From: an uncultured bacterium
GTDB lineage: Bacteria > Methylomirabilota > Methylomirabilia > Rokubacteriales > CSP1-6
Length of the DNA stretch: 38,264 nucleotides
Direction of reading: 5' to 3'
NCBI GenBank assembly: GCA_964428805.1
Contig: CAYRZF010000006.1
Span: 1 to 38,264 of the forward strand
In this document: positions 1-7,921 of the stretch, piece by piece
Position numbering within the stretch: position 1 is the first letter of the stretch
How the letters are laid out: each line of letters opens with the position of its first letter
Position numbers and translations under genes: made by a program
Notes under the pieces: generated by a model
Told to the model about the DNA's origin: nothing
What the model saw: the letters and a program-made list of their open reading frames with translations, nothing else
The model's database searches: none

Positions 1-111
1 CATCTCGACCTGGTCTCTTCCCACATGGCCGTGGTCCGGGACACCGAGGACCACACGGAAGGCGTGCGCGCCTTTAAGGAGAAGCGCCCGCCGAAGTTTA
101 TGGGCCGTTAG
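1..111 (+). CDS. Enoyl-CoA hydratase/crotonase family protein, C-terminal fragment (5' truncated by window)
   Basis: Frame 1 translates HLDLVSSHMAVVRDTEDHTEGVRAFKEKRPPKFMGR*, matching the typical crotonase C-terminal EG..AF.EKR.P.F.G signature. Confidence 0.8.
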   Translation, partial: HLDLVSSHMAVVRDTEDHTEGVRAFKEKRPPKFMGR

Positions 112-632
112 ATCGGGGTGATGCCGGCCTTGTGGCGCTGGGCGAGCGCCTGATAGCCCTCGGGGTTGAAGCGGACCCAGTACTCGGCGGGGGTTCCCGC
201 GAGAGCGCGCGTGACCTTGGCCGGTATCCCGACGGCCAGCATTCCCGGGGGCACTTCCGTGTCCGGCGTCACCACGGCGCCGGCGCCGACCATCGCGCGC
301 GCCCCGATCTTCGCCCCATCGAGCACGGTGGCGCCGTTGGCGATCAGGCACTCCTCCCCGAGGGTCGCCGAGTGAACCACGCACGAGTGACCGACTGTGG
401 CCCGCGGGCCGACCTCGAGAGGTGCGGCCGGCGTCGTGTGGAGCACCGAGTTGTCCTGGATGTTGGCGCCCGCTCGGACGACGACCTGGTTGAAGTCCCC
501 CCGCAGGACGGCGCCGTACCATACCGAGGCGCGCTCCTCCACGATGACGTCGCCGACGAGCGTGGCAGTGGGGGCGATGAAGGCCGTGGGATGAATGCGC
601 GGGGCCTTTCCCTCGAAGCTGAAGAGCGGCAT
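108..632 (-). CDS. Gamma-carbonic anhydrase-like hexapeptide repeat protein (YrdA/CaiE/PaaY family)
   Basis: Left-handed beta-helix repeats, WYGAVLRGD, NIQDNSVLH, TVGHSCVVH (three His ligands); AGGAGG SD upstream. Confidence 0.9.
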   Translation of the reverse strand: MPLFSFEGKAPRIHPTAFIAPTATLVGDVIVEERASVWYGAVLRGDFNQVVVRAGANIQDNSVLHTTPAAPLEVGPRATVGHSCVVHSATLGEECLIANGATVLDGAKIGARAMVGAGAVVTPDTEVPPGMLAVGIPAKVTRALAGTPAEYWVRFNPEGYQALAQRHKAGITPI

Positions 633-711
633 GATTTCCTCCTGTCGCGCTGAAAAATCGCGCCCACCCTAGCACCCCCCGTCCGCGCGCGTCAATCGGG
701 GTCGCGGTCGC

Positions 712-740
712 TAGACAGGGGCGGGGCCAGGGCGTATGCT
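712..740 (+). promoter_or_regulatory. sigma70-type promoter of PKS cluster (probably leaderless)
   Basis: TAGACA(712-717)-17 nt-TATGCT(735-740), ATG at 748 follows 7 nt later, no SD. Confidence 0.6.
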
Positions 741-747
741 CCAAGCC

Positions 748-1779
748 ATGCCGCCCCAGAACCCCAAAATTCTGGCCGTCGCCACCGCCACGCCCTCCCA
801 TTACTTTCCCCAGTCGCGCCTCGCCGAGCTGGTTGGTTACCGCGATGCCCAGCGAAGCGGCTTCTTCGCCAACAGCGACATCGAGGGACGCTACCTCTAT
901 CTGGACCCGGCCCACGTCCGCACCGATGAGGGCGCCCAAGAGCTGAATGACCGCTTCCAGAAGGGGGCGCTCGAGCTGGGGCGCGCGGCCGTCCTCGCGT
1001 GCCTGGAGCGGGCCGGCTGGTCGCCCACCGATCTCGACTTTCTTGCCACCACCACGTGCACGGGGCGGCTCTGCCCCAGCCTGGACGCGCACCTGATCCG
1101 GGATCTGGGCTGCCGCCGGGACATCCAGCGGGTCCACGTGGGGGACACCGGCTGCGCGAGCGCCATGGTGGCGCTCCAGCAGGCCAGTAACCACCTGGCG
1201 GCGTTCCCCCGTCACCGGGCGCTCATCCTCGCGGTTGAGATCTGCTCCGCCGCGTACTATCTCGACGACCGGCTCGAGAGCGCGGTGGCCCACGCCATCT
1301 TCGCCGACGGCGCCGGGGCGCTGGCCCTCGGGACCGCGGGGGAGGGGCCGAGCCTGATCGAACACCGGACCCTCTTCCGCTCGGAGCACCTGGACGCGAT
1401 GGGGTTCGAGTACCCGGACGGTCGGCCGCGGGTGATTCTCTCCAAGGAAGTTAGAAAGATCGGTGCGGCGATGATGAAGGACATGACGGCGACGCTCCTT
1501 GCCACTCACGGCCTGAAAAAGGAGGATGTCGCCTTCTGGGTGCTGCACTCGGCAGGCCGCCGGGTCATCGACCAGGCCGTCAGGGCCCTCGATCTTCGCG
1601 ACGAGGATGTGGCCGCCTCGCGCGCGGTGCTCAGGCGGTACGGCAACATGTCCTCCGCCACGGTGATTTTTGTCTTCGAGGAGCTGCTCAAGCGTGCTCA
1701 GCCGGTCCCAGGGGATTGGGCAGTCATGGTCGCGCTGGGCCCGGGGTTCGCCGCCGAGGGCGCGCTCCTGCGCTGGTAG
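748..1779 (+). CDS. Type III polyketide synthase (chalcone-synthase fold, DpgA-like)
   Basis: Catalytic triad GDTGC / VLHSAG / YGNMSS, C-terminal ALGPGF; EICSAAYYLD...AIFADG resembles the DpgA subfamily. Start set to ATG748 by promoter spacing. Confidence 0.9.
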   Translation: MPPQNPKILAVATATPSHYFPQSRLAELVGYRDAQRSGFFANSDIEGRYLYLDPAHVRTDEGAQELNDRFQKGALELGRAAVLACLERAGWSPTDLDFLATTTCTGRLCPSLDAHLIRDLGCRRDIQRVHVGDTGCASAMVALQQASNHLAAFPRHRALILAVEICSAAYYLDDRLESAVAHAIFADGAGALALGTAGEGPSLIEHRTLFRSEHLDAMGFEYPDGRPRVILSKEVRKIGAAMMKDMTATLLATHGLKKEDVAFWVLHSAGRRVIDQAVRALDLRDEDVAASRAVLRRYGNMSSATVIFVFEELLKRAQPVPGDWAVMVALGPGFAAEGALLRW

Positions 1780-1790
1780 CGGGCTCGTCC

Positions 1791-2582
1791 GTGCGGTTAC
1801 TGTCCGAGCTCCCCCGGGCCCACAACGCCGTCGAGTTTCTCGACGTTCCGGTCTCCCCCTCGGATCTGGAGGAGAGCCTGAGCGACATCTCGCGGCTCAA
1901 TCGCTACTTCGGGGGCTCGTGGGTGACGCGCTCTCATCTGATCCGGCTCCTGGGCAGACGCCGGGGCGGCCCGGTAACGGTGCTCGACGTCGGGAGCGGC
2001 GGGGCCGACATCCTTGTTCAGCTGGTTCGCTGGGCGCGACGCCGGGGGCGGCGGTTTCGCGTCATCGCCGTGGACCGGGACCGCCAGATCCTCGAGGTCG
2101 CCCGGCGTCGGGCGAGCGCCTATCCCGAGATCTCCTTCGTCCAGGCTGACGGCCTCCAGCTGCCCGTGAGGGTCGGCGGGGTGGATGCGGCGATCTCCTC
2201 GCTGACCCTCCACCATCTGGAGCCCGACGCTGCGCCGCATCTCCTCGCCGAGATGGCGCGGGTCGCCCGGGTCGGATTCGTGGTGAACGACCTGATGCGC
2301 AGCCGTGTCGCCTACGCCCTCGTCTGGCTCGCCACACGGCTCTTCGCCTGGAGCCACATGTCCCGGCACGACGGCCCCCTCTCGGTCCTGCGCGCCTATA
2401 CCTCCGGGGAGATCCGGGCGCTCGCCCGGCAGGCCGGCGTCGGCCGGGTCAGGATCATCCGCCATCCCTTCTGCGTCAGGCTCGCCATCGTCGGGTATCT
2501 CGGAGGGGGGCTCCGCCCCCCTTCCGACACCTCCCCCCTGGGATGGCGCGGGCAAAGCCCGCGCTCGAACGAACGCCAGTGA
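1791..2582 (+). CDS. Class I SAM-dependent methyltransferase
   Basis: VLDVGSGGAD motif I, SSLTLHHL, VNDL, HDGPLSV; GTG start at 1791 just after the PKS stop. The last ~28 codons are repeat-derived. Confidence 0.85.
   Translation: MRLLSELPRAHNAVEFLDVPVSPSDLEESLSDISRLNRYFGGSWVTRSHLIRLLGRRRGGPVTVLDVGSGGADILVQLVRWARRRGRRFRVIAVDRDRQILEVARRRASAYPEISFVQADGLQLPVRVGGVDAAISSLTLHHLEPDAAPHLLAEMARVARVGFVVNDLMRSRVAYALVWLATRLFAWSHMSRHDGPLSVLRAYTSGEIRALARQAGVGRVRIIRHPFCVRLAIVGYLGGGLRPPSDTSPLGWRGQSPRSNERQ
2496..2570 (+). repeat. Double-hairpin dispersed repeat, family 1, copy 1 (inside methyltransferase 3' end)
   Basis: TCGGAGGGGGGC-TCC-GCCCCCCTTCCGA and GCGCGGGC-AAA-GCCCGCGC; 2499-2538 matches the reverse complement of 14676-14715 at 39/40 nt. 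Confidence 0.85.
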
Positions 2583-3796
2583 GCGCGCGTGCGTACGACG
2601 CTGTCGTCGTGGGCGCTGGCCCCGCCGGAAGCGCCGTGGCCATTCTGCTGGCCGAGCAGGGCCATTCGGTGCTCGTCCTCGACAAGGCCGCCTTCCCTCG
2701 CCCCAAGCTCTGCGGCGAGTACCTGAGCCCCGAGGCCGCGCGGATCCTGGATCGGCTGGGCGTGCTCAAGGCCGTGGACGGGGCGGGAGCGGTGCCCCTC
2801 CGCGGAATGCGCATCACGGCGCCCGGCGGCACCGTGCTGGAGGGGAACTATCCGACCGACGGGCCGTTCCGGGGCTACCGCGATCACGCCCTGGCGATCA
2901 AGCGGCTCATCCTGGACCAGATTTTCTTGGAGCGAGTCAAGTCGCTTCCCGTGGACGTTCGCGAGCGGCACCGGGTTGAGGACCTGCTGCTCGAGAGGGG
3001 CCGGGTGGTGGGAGTCCGCGCCGCCGGCCCCGACGGCGCGGCGTTCGAGGTGAGGAGCCCGCTGGTGGTCGGGGCCGACGGGCGGCAGTCGGTGGTGGCC
3101 CGGCGACTCGGTCTGGTCAGGTCGCATGGACTGCGTCGCCTGGCGCTCATCGCCTATGTCGAAGGGCTCGGCGACTTCGAGGGCTGGGGGGAGATTTACG
3201 TGGACCCGCCGGATTACGCCATCTTGAATCCCGTGTCCGCCGGGGTGGTCAGCCTCAGCCTGGTCGTGCCCCTCGATCACGCCACGCCATTTTCGGGGAG
3301 ACTCGAGACCTTTTTCTACGCGCGGCTGAAGCAGCTCGATCGCCTCCGGTCGCGGGTCTCGCGGATGCGCCCGCTCCTCCCGGTGGCAGCGCTCGGCCCA
3401 CTGGCGTACCGGGTCGAGCCGTCCCGCCATGGGGGAGTGCTCCTGGTTGGGGATGCGGCTGGCTTCTACGATCCGTTCACGGGAGAGGGAATTTACACGG
3501 CCCTCCGCTCAGCCGAGCTGGCCGCGGAGGTGGCCCACGGAGCGCTCGCGCGAGGGGACTTCTCGCGCGCGGCGTTGACCTCATACTGGCACGCGCGCCA
3601 CGTGGCCTTCAAGGACAAGGAGCGGGTGACGCGCCTGCTCCAGGTGGTGATTAGACACCGGTGGCTCGCGAACCTCGTGGCCCAGCGGCTGGCCCGGCGC
3701 CCCGACCTCCTGAGTCTCCTGATGGGGGTGATCGGCGACTTCGTCCCGCCCCGCGTGCTGCTCTCCCCGCGGCGGCTGCTCGGCCGTCAGCGCTGA
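2579..3796 (+). CDS. FAD-dependent oxidoreductase, geranylgeranyl reductase / aromatic hydroxylase-like
   Basis: VVGAGPAG Rossmann motif, FPRPKLCGEYL, VGADG, GDAAGFYDPFTGEGI; GTG2579 overlaps the methyltransferase TGA (GTGA). Confidence 0.85.
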   Translation: MSARAYDAVVVGAGPAGSAVAILLAEQGHSVLVLDKAAFPRPKLCGEYLSPEAARILDRLGVLKAVDGAGAVPLRGMRITAPGGTVLEGNYPTDGPFRGYRDHALAIKRLILDQIFLERVKSLPVDVRERHRVEDLLLERGRVVGVRAAGPDGAAFEVRSPLVVGADGRQSVVARRLGLVRSHGLRRLALIAYVEGLGDFEGWGEIYVDPPDYAILNPVSAGVVSLSLVVPLDHATPFSGRLETFFYARLKQLDRLRSRVSRMRPLLPVAALGPLAYRVEPSRHGGVLLVGDAAGFYDPFTGEGIYTALRSAELAAEVAHGALARGDFSRAALTSYWHARHVAFKDKERVTRLLQVVIRHRWLANLVAQRLARRPDLLSLLMGVIGDFVPPRVLLSPRRLLGRQR

Positions 3797-3806
3797 CCCG
3801 GGCGTT

Positions 3807-4271
3807 CTATTCCTCCACGACCTTGCCGTCCCATTCGATGGCGATGCCGCGCTGGACGGACTGAGAGGCGGGGCAACCTTTCTCGTGCACTTCGATGGCA
3901 CGGAGGGCCTCTTCGCGCTTGCCTTTGGGGACCTTGACGTTGTAATGCACCTTGATCCGCGTGATGAGCGGCTTGCCGTCCACGTTCTCGATGAAGCCTT
4001 CCACCTCCGAGGACAGGCGGTCGGGGTGGGTCGGGATCTTCCTCGCCGCTAGCGCCACGGCCAGCGTGCCGGTCATTCAGCCGGCCACCGCAGCGACGAT
4101 GTGGTCAAGGGTGGTTGGAATCTCCTCCTCCGGCTCCACGCCGTAAAACTTTTTGATCCCGCCGTGGACCCCGTATCGGACCGGCTCGGGAAAGGCCTCG
4201 ATGTAGGCCCGGCGGGCTGGGCCCTTGTCCTTGATGATCTTCACCTTGGAGATGTGGATCAGCTCAGCCAT
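3807..4271 (-). CDS. OsmC/Ohr-family peroxiredoxin-like protein with in-frame TGA (probable selenocysteine, U65)
   Basis: ORFs 4077..4271 and 3807..4076 are contiguous in one frame, separated only by TGA (4077-4079) in HIVAAVAG-U-MTGT, the first catalytic Cys position. Second Cys in EKGCPAS; AGGAGG SD before 4271. Confidence 0.8.
4047..4066 (-). promoter_or_regulatory. Candidate bacterial SECIS element
   Basis: Stem CGCUGGC/GCUAGCG with loop CGUGGC starts at the 11th nt after the UGA. Confidence 0.65.
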
Positions 4272-4341
4272 GGGTGATCCTCCTCTGGGGCTGGGGAACC
4301 TACCGGTTTTGATGACCGGTCCTGCTCGGGGGATTCGCCTG

Positions 4342-5760
4342 CTAGCGGGAGCGGCGCGGGCGCGGCGGCGCTGGGGCTGTGGGGGCCCCCTCCGATTGGT
4401 CGCCCTCGATCAGCGCCACGTTCGCCTCGCGCAACGGTTTCAGGATGTGGTCGCGAATCCATCGGGCGTCCCACCACTCGAGCGGTGTGACCGAGATCCC
4501 CCTGATCAGCACTTCGAAGTGCAGGTGGTCGCCGATGGCGAGACCCGAGCTTCCGGTCCGGCCCAGCTCCGCCCCCTTGGCCACCTCCTGTCCCTCCTGG
4601 ACGTCGATGCGCGAGAGATGGGCGTAGAGGGTCTGAAGCCCCAGCCCGTGGTCCAGCACCACGGTGTTGCCGTAGATCGTGAGAGGGCCGGCGAAGACCA
4701 CCGTCCCCCGGTTGGCGGCGGGAACGGGGCTCGCCCTGACCGAGGCCAGGTCGTAGCCGAAGTGGACCTGGGTGTCCACGTCCTGACCGCCGAAGCGGTA
4801 GCTCCGCGTCTCGGCGAAGTTGGAGAAGACCTTGGTGTTCTTCGGCTGGAGGAAGGCGCCCTGCCAGAGCGGCTTCGGCTGGGTCTTGGCCGAGAGGGTG
4901 CGCTTGGCCTCCTCGGCCTGGCGACGCTTATCTCGGTTGATGACCAGAAAGGCTTGGAGCAGCTGATCGGCTGGAACGTTCCCGCGCTCGGGAAGTAGCT
5001 CCGGGAGCTTTCGCTGCAGGAACTCCTCCTTGATGTCCACCGTGTCCCTCGGGAACTTCCGCGGCTTGATCTCGCTGGCGACCGATCGCGAAGCGTCGTT
5101 GCCCGCTTCATCCTGGGCGGTCAGGACGAGCGGTGAGGCGACGGGGAAGTCGTACGGAACCGCGATCAGCGCCACGTGGATCCCGGCGTCGGGCGGTCCT
5201 GCCGGGAATCCCGGGAAGAAGATCCCGCCGAGGTTCACGCCGCTCCTCATCGCCCCCTTCGAACGGTAGACGACGAGCCCGCCACCCCCCTGGGCCAGAT
5301 ACTGGGTGGCGGATAGGAGATCGAGAGTTGGTGGGGTCAGATCCAGCGTGATCGGCTGAGTGAGGATCGGCCTGTCGTCGACTCGAAGCGGCCGCCAGAA
5401 TCCGTCCTTCGCGTACACCTCCAGCGTGGCCCCGCCCTCCCGGAGACCCAGCGAGCGTCCCTCTACGGTGAGGGCCAGCCGGTGCTCGTTGACCAGCGGC
5501 GGCGGAAAGGCCTGCTGGACCACCGTGACCTTCTGGGTGCCTTGGACGAGCCGGAGCTCGAGGGACCGGAGACCCCCGCGCGCCGCGGCCAGATTCAGCG
5601 TCAGCGGGGTTTTGAGCCCGATGAAGCGGGGGCGTGGAAGGAGCTCGGCGCGCACGCCGGGAACCGACTGGCGCCAGGCGAGGTAGGAGACCGCACCGAC
5701 GATGACGACGGAGAGGATCAGCGTGACGAGCAGCCAAGTCTTCCAGCCGGATCGGGACAC
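4342..5760 (-). CDS. M23 family metallopeptidase with N-terminal membrane anchor
   Basis: HFGYD (HxxxD), YGNTVVLDHG, YAHLS, HLHFE; N-terminal TM helix. GTG start at 5760 chosen from promoter position. Confidence 0.9.
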   Translation of the reverse strand: MSRSGWKTWLLVTLILSVVIVGAVSYLAWRQSVPGVRAELLPRPRFIGLKTPLTLNLAAARGGLRSLELRLVQGTQKVTVVQQAFPPPLVNEHRLALTVEGRSLGLREGGATLEVYAKDGFWRPLRVDDRPILTQPITLDLTPPTLDLLSATQYLAQGGGGLVVYRSKGAMRSGVNLGGIFFPGFPAGPPDAGIHVALIAVPYDFPVASPLVLTAQDEAGNDASRSVASEIKPRKFPRDTVDIKEEFLQRKLPELLPERGNVPADQLLQAFLVINRDKRRQAEEAKRTLSAKTQPKPLWQGAFLQPKNTKVFSNFAETRSYRFGGQDVDTQVHFGYDLASVRASPVPAANRGTVVFAGPLTIYGNTVVLDHGLGLQTLYAHLSRIDVQEGQEVAKGAELGRTGSSGLAIGDHLHFEVLIRGISVTPLEWWDARWIRDHILKPLREANVALIEGDQSEGAPTAPAPPRPRRSR

Positions 5761-5767
5761 GACGTGA

Positions 5768-5796
5768 ATGATAGCGGGCCGATTCCAGCCCGTCAA
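5768..5796 (-). promoter_or_regulatory. sigma70-type promoter of M23 gene (probably leaderless)
   Basis: TTGACG(5796-5791)-17 nt-TATCAT(5773-5768), GTG follows 7 nt later. Confidence 0.7.
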
Positions 5797-5813
5797 CTTT
5801 TGGTGCTATCCTT

Positions 5814-5933
5814 GGCGCGGGCCGCGTGCGCTTGGTGGCGACGGTGGACGACCCGTAGGCCATCCGGGCCATCCTGGAATCTCTGGGGGTTGCCGCTGAG
5901 GTGCCGCAGCCCGATGCACCCCGGCCGCCCTGA
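5814..5933 (+). pseudogene. IS91-family (rolling-circle) transposase C-terminal remnant
   Basis: Translates GAGRVRLVATVDDP*AIRAILESLGVAAEVPQPDAPRPP*, resembling the IS91-type tail (CGGxMRxIAxIxDPxVIxxILxHLG...ARxPP); internal TAG at 5856-5858. Confidence 0.6.
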
Positions 5934-5972
5934 GCGTTGAGCGCCCAGTCTTCCTGCGAGCGTTCTCTCCGG

Positions 5973-7244
5973 TCAGACCTTCTCCCTATTAAATATTTTT
6001 GGTGATAAGACAAAAACAAGCGCTAATACATTTATTACAGCCCATGCCAAGAACCCGTACTTATAACTCCCGGAGGTATTTTTACTTATTGCCATAATAG
6101 TGCTCATCGTAAAGCCGCATGCTGCCCCTGCAGCCTTAGCTAGTCCGCTCACCGTACCTACTTGCGTAAAATAAGTTGGAATAAGCTTGACCACACAAGC
6201 TGCGGAAGCGCCAGACAATAAAGCCAGGCTGAATATAGCGCCTATCTGTGCAGAAAATGATATCTCCGCAACCAACACTGATGCCAAAACCAGGGACATT
6301 CCGAAAAAACAGATAAGGATTTTCCGAGGATTGAGTCTGTCCGAGAGCCAGCCCCCGATTGGCCTCATAATGGCCACGAAAACAACCATGCCTGATGTAT
6401 AAATCATAGAGGCCTTTGTCCCATCTATTTCCCAACGGTCGACAAGATAAGTGGGGGTGAATGCAGAAAAAAATGTAAGCGTGCCAAACGATGTCCAATA
6501 CAGGAAAGCAATGACCCAAACAAGTGAGCCTGATTTGTAAACTCCTGCTATTTGTCCAAATGAGAGTTTCCTGTGGCGAATGGTTGGTTCAGAGGTCATC
6601 GTCCAGTATAGAAAACCCATAATCAGGGTGGGAACAGCGAATATGAGGAAAATAAAACGCCAGCCTGCCAAGGGACCTAATGCAAATTTAGGTGGGAGTT
6701 CAGCGTAGCCTTCTGGTCCTCCAAAAACATTAACAATCAGCAAAGGCACAAACACCATTCCCAATGCTATTCCGATATTTCCCAGGGAGAATATCCCAAG
6801 TGCAGTTCCCTGTTTTGCCTGCGGGTACCAAACAGACACATGTGCATTGCCTACGACAAAACTTGCTCCACCCAGGCCGAACATCATGCCTAGTATTAAA
6901 AACATGAAGTAGCTGTCAACAAACAATGCCGCAATCAATGGAATGAGCAAGGTAAAAAGTAGTATTGTAAATACTTTCCTCCCTCCGTACCTGTCAGCCG
7001 CTACTCCCAAGGGTATGCTTATGATGGTTGCAAACAAGGGCGGCATAGCCGCCAAAAACAGCACCTGGCTGGGCGTGAAGTTATACCACTTGATTAAAAA
7101 CGGACCAAGAGCTGCGAACATTCCCCATATACCAAAACCAAGGGAGAAGGCCACAAATGCAATCCACAATACTCGGGAGTTGCCCGCAGGTTCGGTACCA
7201 GGAGGTGTGCTTGTACTATCAGATTTGCTCTCATATCCGTTCAT
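5973..7244 (-). CDS. MFS transporter, NarK/NasA nitrate/nitrite porter-like (low-GC, likely horizontally acquired)
   Basis: ~12 TM, ADRYGGRK, GLGGASF...VSVWYP..KQGTALG..GN signature, MRPIGGWLSDR; markedly AT-rich relative to flanks. Confidence 0.8.
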   Translation of the reverse strand: MNGYESKSDSTSTPPGTEPAGNSRVLWIAFVAFSLGFGIWGMFAALGPFLIKWYNFTPSQVLFLAAMPPLFATIISIPLGVAADRYGGRKVFTILLFTLLIPLIAALFVDSYFMFLILGMMFGLGGASFVVGNAHVSVWYPQAKQGTALGIFSLGNIGIALGMVFVPLLIVNVFGGPEGYAELPPKFALGPLAGWRFIFLIFAVPTLIMGFLYWTMTSEPTIRHRKLSFGQIAGVYKSGSLVWVIAFLYWTSFGTLTFFSAFTPTYLVDRWEIDGTKASMIYTSGMVVFVAIMRPIGGWLSDRLNPRKILICFFGMSLVLASVLVAEISFSAQIGAIFSLALLSGASAACVVKLIPTYFTQVGTVSGLAKAAGAACGFTMSTIMAISKNTSGSYKYGFLAWAVINVLALVFVLSPKIFNREKV

Positions 7245-7331
7245 TGTGTTGTTAGATTGGAAAACAGGTTCGCAATTTCTTTTTTAAGCCGTGTAATGCG
7301 TGTGCTCACGGGAGTGGCTGCCTGGCATGGC

Positions 7332-7913
7332 TCATGTAATGGTGGTTTCGCCCCCTCCTGACGCGGTCCGCCGGCTCAGCGGGCTTTTCTTGGGGTAGAG
7401 GAGCCTTCCGGCGCGGACTTCGAGGAACGGCGTCAGCGCGTGGGGAGGAGCGGTCTTTCGGCTCTGGATATGGAAGACCCGCCAGTGTTGCGCAGTGAGC
7501 GCATCCGCAATGAGCGACCGATGGCACCTCCAGGGGACCGCTTCCGCACACATCACCGCCGTTTTCGTTTGCGCGGCGAGGTCTTTGAGGCGGGCCAGTC
7601 CGCGGGCAAACTCGGGGGTTCCCATATAGTCGGCGAACCCGCGAAACGACGCATTCTGCCATCCGAGATTGACCGAGTCTTTCTCCGGGCGGCGAAGTCC
7701 GCCCAACGCTTTTAGGTGCTCATAGGGAATGTGGGCGTTTTTGAGCGCGGCGTGGAGAGCGTCCTTTCCGAACTGGGGGTTGTGACGCGATCGCGGGATC
7801 GTCCTGATATCGACGACCTTCCGGATGCCATGGGACTTGAGCAAATCCAGAAACTCGGCGACAGGTCGGTTTGAGTGGCCGATCGTATAGATGGTCCACT
7901 GCTGCGACGTCAC
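7332..7913 (-). CDS. DUF488 family protein
   Basis: IYTIGHSNR, VDIRTIPRSR.NPQF, LGGLR, MCAEAVPWRCHRSLIAD; GTG start at 7913 (the upstream part of the 466-aa ORF is a shadow of the CDF gene). Confidence 0.85.
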   Translation of the reverse strand: MTSQQWTIYTIGHSNRPVAEFLDLLKSHGIRKVVDIRTIPRSRHNPQFGKDALHAALKNAHIPYEHLKALGGLRRPEKDSVNLGWQNASFRGFADYMGTPEFARGLARLKDLAAQTKTAVMCAEAVPWRCHRSLIADALTAQHWRVFHIQSRKTAPPHALTPFLEVRAGRLLYPKKSPLSRRTASGGGETTIT

Positions 7914-7921
7914 GTCAGGGG

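Noticed and set aside
1-111. Enoyl-CoA hydratase as a DpgB/DpgD partner of the PKS
   Set aside because: Separated from the PKS by a convergent gamma-CA gene and a separate promoter; only 36 residues are visible.
3807-4271. OsmC as a pseudogene or two small genes
   Set aside because: The stop is TGA at the catalytic Cys column with a correctly placed hairpin and no other lesion, so Sec recoding is more parsimonious.
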